Of a stretch of DNA of 64,000 bases, positions 21,101 to 30,600 are shown piece by piece. Made by a program: the position numbers and the translations under genes. Numbering within the stretch: the first letter of the stretch is position 1; every line of letters starts with the position of its first letter. Below the pieces are notes generated by a model. That model saw nothing but the letters and a program-made list of their open reading frames with translations, ran no database searches and had not been told where the DNA came from. Source of the stretch: a virus; IMG/VR virus record IMGVR_UViG_3300042547_000432; one strand, given 5' to 3'.

Positions 21101-24100
21101 GTAATGCCAGCAACTCTACCGTTAGCGTAGAATGGAAGCGCCACAGGACTGAATCCAATCGCTTTAAGACCTTCGTTACCGAAGTTCGTCGCAGAGTTCG
21201 TTACAGAGGCATATCCACCAGTCTCACAAAGCACACCAACGTCTTCGAAGATTTCAAAGACAGATACCAACTGAGCATATGCGTCATTCTTTAAGTGGAA
21301 ACCAACAGAGTTGAAAACAACCTGTGTAAACGCATCAGCAACCATTGATTTCAATGGTGTATCTGAAAGCAAGTTTCCTCCATCAATTAATAATCCACCC
21401 GCTCTTGTCTTGGAGGCATCATATGCTTTTGTCGTGGAGTTATATGAAGTCTGACCAAGAACAGAAATTACTGAGCAGTTCTGTACATATGGAGATAGGA
21501 AAATTCTTTCTTTTGGTGGAATGAATCTGTAAATAGTAGCAGAAACAGATGAAGTTGGTACAGTCGCTAATGTTAATTGAGTATCTGACTGTACAGATAA
21601 AATAGTATATGAACTATTTCCTACTTTTATCAAACCACCAGCAAAAGTTTGGGATCTAAATTTAGTGTTTGTTCCAGTTACAATTGAATTGGAAGAACTT
21701 ACATTGATTCTTCCAGCACCTTTGATTCCATTTTGATCTGGATAGGAAACAGCATATCTGAAAATTCTACCGCCTTGAGTTACAACAGCACCATTTGGAT
21801 GTTCTGCTGCTACTGTTGCTGCTCCAGTGATTGGATTAGGAACTCCTCTACCATTTGTAGATACTGTTACTGTATTGCCAGTGATATCATCTACTCTCAT
21901 CCACTCCTGATCAACAACTAAGTATCCAGGACCAGGATTGTAAACTGGACTATCAGCGCCGTCTAAGATAGAAACTACGATACCAAACAAAGTATCAATA
22001 TTTGTCTGTACATTTGTACAATCACCAACTGTTACTGCTGGATACTGTGCTAAGAATCCAGACTCAGTGATGATGGATGTATCAGTAACAACTTGTCTTG
22101 CCCTTAGTCTTAGTTGATCAATAGCATATTTTGTCTCAACAAATTCTGTTGTGATATATTGTAGATTGCCGTTAGCGTCTCTATAAGACTCTCCAGCTAA
22201 AATAGATTTGACGTTGCCGCCAACCTTTAAGTCGTGAATAACAGCATCTAAGATCAAACCAAGATCTCTCTTACACTTTCCATCTCCAGGAACACTCAAT
22301 GCTGCTCCATTCTCGTTTGCTAATGCTGGGGCAGATAAAGTTATTTGTGTGGCACTATCAATGCTTGAGATTGTTGTTCCTACAGTGATATTTGTGCCTG
22401 TTACTACGTCACCAATTTCCAGTCCCTCTGTGCTACTTACGCCAGTGACTACAGCATTTCCATTAGTAAGATTTCCAGTAAAGTTAGTTGGTGGAATAAC
22501 AAGAGAAGGATATCCGCCGACTAACTGACCATAAGCATAATTAATTGTATCTGTTCTCTTATACTGGAGCATATTAGCTCCATCTTTATAAATTCCACTG
22601 ATATCTTTTAGGTTGTGACCAGGGAATAGATTAAATGTTGTAGTTGAGTTGCTAATAAATGAGTTAATGCCAGAATTTAATTGACCAACACCACGAAGAG
22701 CATCTGCTGAATTGCTTGGATCGCCATAGTTATCTCTCATAACAAATTGAGCAACATAGCATCCACTTGTTACCCAGAACATATCAACACCATCATTCAG
22801 TGGTCTTACAATTGTTTCACGAAGGTTGTCTCCGATAATAGTAGTACCCTTTGGCAAGTAAATTGGGTTATCTTCATAGTAATCGCCAGAAGCAACTTTA
22901 ATCGTAGTGTTTCCTGTAGTTGCTCTTGCTGCTTCTGCTGCTCTCTTAATAGTTTTAAATGCCTTTGCTGGAGTAGAACCATCATAAGTAGTATCACTAC
23001 CACCTTTGCTGACGTAAATTACGTTCTCTACTTTATCCTCTTTAATACAAATAGGAGTGGGCCAACTTCCACCCTCTTTTGGTCCATAGAAATCTTGTTT
23101 TACTTTATCGAAATAGAAGTCTCCATTATTTCCTAAAGTGTTTGATGGAGCAGTAATACCATATCTAAATTGATCTGTCAAAGAAACATATTCATTGTCA
23201 ATAAATGATTCTAATTCATTAGTTGTTGTATTGAATCTTACCAAACCGTTTGTAGCGATTGGTGTGGTAGGTCTCTGTGCTGTTGTTCCTTTTGGAACTA
23301 CAAAACCAGAACGAGTATCAAGAATGACTACTCTATCCGTTCCTGGGGTGATTGTAATATCAGAAGCGGTTGTATTGTCATTGACGATCGCATTTTGAGA
23401 AATTTTTAGACCATCTTGAATCTTTACAGGAGTATTAAATTCCCACGCTCCAGATGACTGTAACCACTTGATGGTTTTATCTGAGGTAGCTTTTAGTGTA
23501 ATACCGCCACCATCAGCTGTAGCGTCTGAAGGGGTTGCTACAGAACCAAGTTCTATATTTTTATCGTCTACAGATACGGTTGTCGAATTAATTGTCGTGG
23601 TCGTTCCAGCAACGAACAAATCTCCAAGAATATCTACGTTCTTGTGAAGTGTTACTTTTTCTGCGCCATTTACAGTATCAATAGAAACATATTTGTTTGT
23701 TCCTTCTTTAATTTGGAAAGCATCTGTAGTATTGTCTTGCATGGCAATACCACTTGGAATGGTGATGCCTCCAGTCAGATATACGTCTCCATTAGAACTG
23801 TCAATTCTAAATTTCTCTACAGTTCCATCATTAATAACGAAATTTTGACCCGTGCCACCCTTGAATACAAAATCCCCAGTACCATTTGGATCAATTGTGA
23901 CATCAGCATTTGAACTACTGGTGATAGTAGATACAAATAATGAGGACCATATTTGACCAGATGATCCTAAATTATAAGTATTATTTGTATTTGGTATGAT
24001 GCTAGAATTTACATCTGCTCCAAAAACAATATTATCAGTATTACCATCTCCAAGAGTTATTGATCCAGCCGCACCATCTCCAGCTCTAAATGTTATATCA

Positions 24101-24474
24101 CCGTTTACTGTTAGATTTCCACCAATTAGTGTATTCTTATGAATAGTTACTAATTCTGAACTATTCGTAGTATCTATACTAATATATGGATTTGCTCCTT
24201 CGGTAATCAAAAGAGCGTTTAATACATTGTCTCTTATGAAAATGTCGGTAGCAGCATTTTGTAAATAAATGTCTCCGCCGTTTATCGTTAGATCTCCCGA
24301 TAAATTGGCATCAACTAGAGATTGAGCGCCACTAACAATATCATTGATAGCTTGTGTTACTATCTTTGATGTAGTAGAAAGAGAACTGGCATCACCAACA
24401 TCGCTCGATAGGCGATTGATTTCTTGACGCTGCTGTTCAAACGTAAATGTTTTTAAAACTTCTCTAACCGCCAT
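18166..24474 (-). CDS. Giant virion structural / fibre protein with a beta-helix-like domain (2102 aa)
   Basis: N-terminus MAVREVLKTFTFEQQRQEIN. VIYVSKGGSD..DG.TP.KAFKTIKRA...IKVASGDYYEDNPIYLP..TIIGDNLRETIVRP is the entry to a pectate-lyase-like fold. Confidence 0.75.
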   Translation of the reverse strand: MAVREVLKTFTFEQQRQEINRLSSDVGDASSLSTTSKIVTQAINDIVSGAQSLVDANLSGDLTINGGDIYLQNAATDIFIRDNVLNALLITEGANPYISIDTTNSSELVTIHKNTLIGGNLTVNGDITFRAGDGAAGSITLGDGNTDNIVFGADVNSSIIPNTNNTYNLGSSGQIWSSLFVSTITSSSNADVTIDPNGTGDFVFKGGTGQNFVINDGTVEKFRIDSSNGDVYLTGGITIPSGIAMQDNTTDAFQIKEGTNKYVSIDTVNGAEKVTLHKNVDILGDLFVAGTTTTINSTTVSVDDKNIELGSVATPSDATADGGGITLKATSDKTIKWLQSSGAWEFNTPVKIQDGLKISQNAIVNDNTTASDITITPGTDRVVILDTRSGFVVPKGTTAQRPTTPIATNGLVRFNTTTNELESFIDNEYVSLTDQFRYGITAPSNTLGNNGDFYFDKVKQDFYGPKEGGSWPTPICIKEDKVENVIYVSKGGSDTTYDGSTPAKAFKTIKRAAEAARATTGNTTIKVASGDYYEDNPIYLPKGTTIIGDNLRETIVRPLNDGVDMFWVTSGCYVAQFVMRDNYGDPSNSADALRGVGQLNSGINSFISNSTTTFNLFPGHNLKDISGIYKDGANMLQYKRTDTINYAYGQLVGGYPSLVIPPTNFTGNLTNGNAVVTGVSSTEGLEIGDVVTGTNITVGTTISSIDSATQITLSAPALANENGAALSVPGDGKCKRDLGLILDAVIHDLKVGGNVKSILAGESYRDANGNLQYITTEFVETKYAIDQLRLRARQVVTDTSIITESGFLAQYPAVTVGDCTNVQTNIDTLFGIVVSILDGADSPVYNPGPGYLVVDQEWMRVDDITGNTVTVSTNGRGVPNPITGAATVAAEHPNGAVVTQGGRIFRYAVSYPDQNGIKGAGRINVSSSNSIVTGTNTKFRSQTFAGGLIKVGNSSYTILSVQSDTQLTLATVPTSSVSATIYRFIPPKERIFLSPYVQNCSVISVLGQTSYNSTTKAYDASKTRAGGLLIDGGNLLSDTPLKSMVADAFTQVVFNSVGFHLKNDAYAQLVSVFEIFEDVGVLCETGGYASVTNSATNFGNEGLKAIGFSPVALPFYANGRVAGITNITKTSFATTASAIVGTSFSSVLSGAKTRVTVRVSANDISKFERGQIITIANHTATPNINGTGIEIETVRFSDNLFTFILNTPFLQSYAPPYAGGSTGLVTITSGSTYTKVTAINFQKAPLANQIVKIDQLPGLPDGEYIVDEIFIFSPPDEANTCEFSLVQKVPNADLPLVPNNAAIELRTPSSVNSSGHTFEYVGSGTNYMALPTNGGRAIPAKQSIEINAGKCYVSATDQDGNFTVGPNFNVDLRTGKATFTGAVAIGILDSLQLKGSPGTPIFAFSTNTDLGGSSGRSDQVLPTQKAVRDFVVDKVGPFFDLDVGTSPQPGLVVQLDGTGKINRDQIPPQEPFNVYVVDTDAERLVAAIPTLSKTVTAHTIGSNVLTLNNLVQVEIGYAVTGTNVPPNGLTDAKIVAIDTGTNQITLDVPGANFTSQISGTITIKNATPLKVGDFVVQTNTTTPPSRSYILASLPATINNNWQVISSEQVDASQIVSGIVSPARLGTRIANQNTFLSGLSKYVPLPKGVRAVPNQISGTTIITLGSDGPISVKGTSTPANISSAFYTSGGSPIFTFNTSTLHGLVNGDYVEVDGISPGSYNGYYQVTVIDGDTFTVPAAVNPGVYVTGGTVTKGDPYRTGFLDLDVNIAKFASGQSTGSSEYGVASFDYNTFEMLSSTGFSVTLRDKGVSLSKIENIGPRSLLGNTFYSEQNVAEVPLRGFAAEIFEYETVPNVSGKWEINELVTNRSIGERPQLQMVVGQSIKFILKQSNVGHPMFITTVPGQTGTIANPPASIYNIGITKFVSSVQSNGSGVEVGEIIVTVTQDTPSVLYYQDGSDPDNYGVINITNFRGSTVNVSQTFSTIAPVVIDTFSAKDIYTAKYLLQIHNKPIGPTNVQNQETKYLHSTELMIVHDGVDVLISEYGTLWTKNLGEFTATLNNNIISVTYTPTAVNGMPAGNPGGFWSGVENVISNTIRLSRDFLT

Positions 24475-24679
24475 GTTTGATTAATTCTCTTAGAAGATTT
24501 TTAATATCCGTTATTTCATGCTTTAAATCCTCAAGATCGTTCTGTAACTGTTTAATAGAACTGTTACTGCTGCGAGCTTTTTTTATATCTTCAAATAAAC
24601 CCTTATCAGTATTTATAACTGCTCCAGTGGAGTTATCTTTAATTAGATAATCATGATCTTGTATTCTACTGTAGTTCAT
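24464..24679 (-). CDS. Conserved small coiled-coil protein
   Basis: L.KD..TGAVINTD motif followed by a coiled coil; of the kind usually found after VrlC-like genes. Confidence 0.6.
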   Translation of the reverse strand: MNYSRIQDHDYLIKDNSTGAVINTDKGLFEDIKKARSSNSSIKQLQNDLEDLKHEITDIKNLLRELIKHGG

Positions 24680-24681
24680 TA

Positions 24682-27600
24682 TTAGAAGGAAGCAACAACT
24701 CTTAAGTCTTGAATTTTTGGTACATAAACGGGGTTAGCACTCCTCATAACAATTTTTACAGCAAAAGAAGTAAATTCCTGTAAATTGTTAACAGAATACT
24801 TATATTCCTTGTAAGCACTTTGATTTTCAATATAACCAGCAATTAAATTATCTGTTGATGGAATTACTTGAATATCTGGATTGCCAGATTGATTGAAATA
24901 TTCCCATCTAACATCATCAAAATTGTATTGGGATGTAGCATAATTTACTTTATAAAGAACTTGAACATCATCTATTTCAAACATATTAGCAGTTAATCTA
25001 ACATCAATAGAAGTTGCTGGGGTTTCTAAAGTTATTTCTTTGGTTACATATTTTGCCAAAGAAGAACTATTGTTATTATTCTCTGGAACATATAGTACGC
25101 CAGGAGCATAAGAAACACTCTTAACTTCTAAGAATGATTTTGTATCCGCTGGTTGATTTTCGTACCCAACTAAATCATTAACTCTAAAAATATCTTTAGA
25201 TTGATTTGATGCGCTTGAAATGGAAATTCTAGCATAAGCAGAACCAATGGTAGACGCAGCAGTATAATTATCATTGATGGGTTGCTTGTTACAAGATACT
25301 CTCAACCTCTTTTTGTTGTTATCCCAGGAAACAACTTTTCCATTAATTAAGTTGTCATATGATTTTGTAGTGTCTGTTTTATCAATCGCAGTAACAGTAG
25401 AATTTGCATTAAATGAAAATACTACTTCTGTTACTCCGCCAGAAGAAACTGTCAAACCAGTTAACGACGGTTGAGAAGCAAATGATAAAGACTCACTTGG
25501 AGAGAATAAAGTATCTGTTAACATTTTTACGAATAATTCGGCAGTTGTTGTGTCAAATTTAACAATTACTGCTTGAGCTCTTGATGTATTTCCAGAAACC
25601 AACTTAGTATTCGCAGCATCACCAGCAATTATAGAATTAACATTTGTTCCGTTTACTGTAAATTTATAAATCGGGTAAAATTCTATAATTTGATCTCTCC
25701 TTCCATATCTGTCTTCAACACCAGAAGATTTTTCAACATTATTATTTGATAAAATAACATTCGAAGATCTTAAATCAATCAGTGGTGACAAATATGATTT
25801 TGTTGAAGATAAAGATAACTTATATTGTAATGAATATTTTTTATCGCCCGTAATATTTTTTAACTCATTGACCCTTGAACACACTACTTTTTGATTATTG
25901 AAGAAATGTTCTTCATTTAAAAATGTTTTTTCATATTCTGATTGGGAATACGATTGATAGTTTACGACTTTTACATCTGCTGGCAAAATATTGGTAGTTT
26001 TTATTTCAGCATTTACTTTTGTTTCGGGAAAATTCAAATAAGCAAGTTGAGCAAATGATTTTTCATATTTTCTGTTGTATGATGCTAATACTTTAGAACC
26101 ACCGCCAAAAGCATTTGATGATGCCAATGTATTTGCAGTTATATTATAGAAATTTAATCCACTATTTGATACTTCATATAGTGTATTATTGATTTGTGAA
26201 CTATCAAATCCACCAAAACTATTTGAATTTTTAAAACTCACATAAGATTTTCCACTATCTTCAAATCCATTTAATCTATGATTTACTTTAATAACTTGAT
26301 TATTGTTTCTATACAGAGTAGAAGTTGCTGTAGTATCTGATAAGGAATCTGCTTCAAATGGATTTTCATCCAATACTTCATAATCTAAGAATTCATTAGT
26401 TAATTCGACTATACCATTTCTAGAAATATCAAACTCAGCTCTATACAAAGTAAATTTGATATCTTCTAATAAGTCTTCTGTCCATGTATCTACGTTTTGG
26501 GATTTAAATACAGATCCTAATAATGGTTGAGAAGTTACTACAGAATTAGAAGCAATTTCTACTTCACCCAACTTTGAAGACCACATGTTGTAATCCGTAG
26601 AGTCAGATTCAATAACCAAAGCATATTCTGTTTCATTTTGTAAATATACTGGATTTTCAAAAGTAAATCTTGTTGGTGTAGTCGAACGAGTAGTTGTATC
26701 AATATCTGTTGCTACTCCCATTCTTACTGCTGGGGTGTCAATTTCGATAAATGACTGAATAGAAGCCGCAGAGGCAGAAGAACCAGTTCCAGTAATAATA
26801 ATAGATGGTGGATCAGTATAACCACTTCCAGCAACTAAAATATCAGCATCAAATATATTACCAGAAGAAACAGAACAAACCGCTCTAGCCTGTACGCCAC
26901 CTGGAAGTTGGGGACTTTCTACCTGAATAGAAGCACTGTCATAACCTGAACCCAAATTATCAACTCTAAGATCAACTAATCTTCCAGAATCTCTTGCTAC
27001 GGTAACTCTTAAATTTGTGTTCTGAGCAGCATTATAAGTAGTTAATGAAGCAAATCTTAATTCTTCGTTTTCAATAAATGATTTTCCATTGTGGTTACTT
27101 AAAACTACTGTATAAACTTGATCATTTGTTAGAGTATAACTTCCTGTTGTAGATGGAGTTAATACAATATTGTTTCTATCATAAACATCTTTTACAGGTC
27201 CAACTGATCCAGATGTTACACCACTACAATTTTCTCCTTTATTAATTGTTAGAGTTCCATTTGTATAGACTCTTAAATATGTGTCTGGATTTAAAACACT
27301 TTCGCTGCCAGGTAAAATATACTTTCCTGGTTTGCCACTTTCTATGTTTGTTAGATAAACTTTAATTGGTATAGAAGAACTCTTTGTGCTAAAGAATAAA
27401 TCAATACCAGTTAAGAATAATCCACCAGGGAATTTTTCAACTTTAAATGATTGTGATAGTGGATTTGGTTTTACTTGTGCTCTTGTATTCTCAATATATT
27501 GAATTCCTTCTTTTGCCTTGAAAATTGCTGGAGTAGTTGAAATAATTGATGCTGGTTGTTCTGGTAAGTTACCAGACACATAATAATTGATTTCTGCGTA

Positions 27601-30600
27601 AGAATCAACAGTGCTATCAATTAATCCTGTTGAATCAGAAGTAAATTTAATATTTTTTATCCCAGTAGTGAAGAATAATTCTACTGTCGTATCATATTGA
27701 ACATCATTAATTGATCCAGTCCAAGCAGAACCAGACTGAGGAGCATTTCCAGAAGGAATTAAAATCATTCCACTTAAATTGCCATTTGCGTCAGATGTAA
27801 GACCACTATTAAAGGTACTTAAAGAGTTTCCAGATACACCAGTATATCTGTAATCTTGATTGACCCATCTATCTATTGGTTGATTGTCCATGAAGACATA
27901 AAACTTGGTAAATGGCTTCATTCTGGTCAGTGTAAAGAATACAGGAACCGAGCGACAGAATTGCTGTAGTGAATTTGCTACAGTATTTTTTCCACTCTTT
28001 CTGGATGGAACATTTTGAGCTAATTGATTATTTTGAGGACTAATATTAGAATTGCTAGAGATATTTGCGTTCGTTGAACTAGAAGTAGCAAGATTGCTCG
28101 AAATATTACTTAAAGAAGTAGTATTGAAAAATACTCTATCTGTTCCCACCCAATTTACAATAAAGTTGTTATGTAAACTAGCATATGCATCTCTAGAATC
28201 ACTCTTGGCATAGAACGTCGAGAAAACTTGACTGTCATTGTCTAAAATTAATGGGAATTGTTTTTGCTCATACCATCTGTCTATATTTGGATTTAAATGA
28301 GCATCACCAACATATTGAAGTACTACAAATGGATTTACGGGTACAGTTTTAGTGGCGAATGGGTTTTTTACGAAAACAATATTATCATAAGGTAATGTTA
28401 ATACTTCACCCGTTTTTCTGTAGTGATTTAAATCTCTTTGGTCCTTATTTACATTAACTTCAGTTAACTTTAAGGATGTTTCATATGAGGGTGTTCTTAA
28501 TACGGACTGCTGTGTATCAATCGCACACTTATAATCTAAAGATTTTAAGTTGCCAATGCCATGATTTTCAAAATTATCTACAAGGAATCCACTCTTAAAT
28601 CTATCGAGACCAACATCATCTTTAATCTGCATGTTCAATGCTTGTTGTTCTAATACACTCAGTAGTGTGTATTTTTCTAGTCTTTCTACTCTTTTTTCTA
28701 GTTTGGCAATATCGCGCATTGTGTAACGCTTGTTGTCAACTGGAATAATACGAACATCATCTGATGTCGCAGTATAGGCAGGAACATACAGATAATAAAG
28801 TGGGATAGCATCATCTACATCAGCTGGTTTTGTTGGATTTAATGAAGAATTTCCTTCTTTTACTATAAATTCTCCTTTTTTGTCTAAGAAAATCCCATCA
28901 ATTCTATCTAAAAATTGAGACGAAGAATATGAGATAGTGTATGATAAATTGCTATCAGACGCTGGAGTATTGGAGGTTACCCCAGCAGATCCAGTAAAAC
29001 TATTATAATCAACTAAAGAAAGAATAGATATGTCTTGATATCCACTGATAATTGAAGACGAATCAACTTTTGGACGGAAATCAAATACATCTCTGAGAGA
29101 AATTTTTCCGTATACCGATGAATTGAAATCAGGAATTTCAGACAAACCAACTCCAGATTCGTGTACATAAGAATCTACGGTACAAAAATCTCCTTGCGAA
29201 TGTTCAAAATAGTCAAATGATATAATTAGTTGTCCTGTTGGTGTTTCGTATCCTGGTTTTAAAACAAGGCGAGAAATATCATAGAATGTATCTCTCTGTC
29301 CATCGTCAAAAGTAAATCTTTCTGTTACATCAGTTCCTGTGACCAAATCTCCAGTTGACGAAACTACAGGAGGTGTTTGAGAAGTCCCTTCATACACATA
29401 GTTAATTTTCACTACATCAGAATATGAAATAACCTCATCGCTACTTGAGTCTACGTCAATTCCTCTAAGTGGTATAACTTTATCGCCAGGGGTTACCACC
29501 AATACTCTTTTGTTTGAGTTAAATGTTTTTAATCTTGGTCTAGCTTTTAAAACTTCAATCGTTGCGGTTAATTTTAATATTGGGAAATTTGTTGTAGTGC
29601 CGAAGAAACTAGATGGCAGAGAAATCGTTACACTACCAGCAGTTACTCCACCTATAGTGGAGGTAGTTGAATTTTGAACAGAAACTTGATCATCTTTTAA
29701 GAAAATAATATCACCGTTATTAACGGTAGTTGAAGATTTTTTATCTAGAACAGTCAGTAAGAAATTTTCTTTTGAGAATGGAGCGAATCTCTGTGTGCCA
29801 TAAGGAAGTTGAGCAGCAAATGTAATGTTTCCTCCACTTGTAGACGCAGTTGTTACGAAGTCTCTTCTAAAGAAATATGATATTTCGGAATTTTCTGGAT
29901 CTTGAACAATTTTACTTAAATATTTTGTTCCAGATGGAATTACCAAAGAAGCCTTAGAAGCATTTCCAATTATAGAACGTACTTTAATAACACTAGTGTT
30001 TGTTACATTATTTTGTAAAACATTGTCAAAATAAATTCTTGCTTTTATTAGTCCTTCTGGGAAATCTACCCTTTGTACAATAACACGAACAACATTATTT
30101 GCTGTGTCTGTGAATTGTATCAAATCACCAGGAACTACTTCTGTTGCTGGATTGCCAGAGAATCCATTGCACTCAATAAATTTGGAACCCTTAGTTCCAG
30201 AAAATGTAAAGTCAGTTAATACTTTATTTGTTAAATAAGCAGAATCAAATGACTCTACATCGCAAGTAAATGTGTAAACATTTCCTGCTCCAAAAGACGA
30301 ATGTAGAGATTTGACATTTTCTGGACCATAATTTTGTACAGAGTTTCTATATAAAACGGGTGTTACTACGGCGGATGATATTGGATTAGTTGTTCCAGTA
30401 TCGAAAGAAACTACTGGAGTTGAAGCATAAGTTTGTGATACTAAATTACGATCTTTGATTATAATTTTAAAGATAATGTTTCCAAGTATTCCTAGTTCTA
30501 CAGCCGAATTATCGTAAGTTATTCCATTAATTTTTAATTTTGTTGATGATGGATATCCTTCTCCTCTACTATTTACAGTAAAGTGTGAGATTGTGCCATC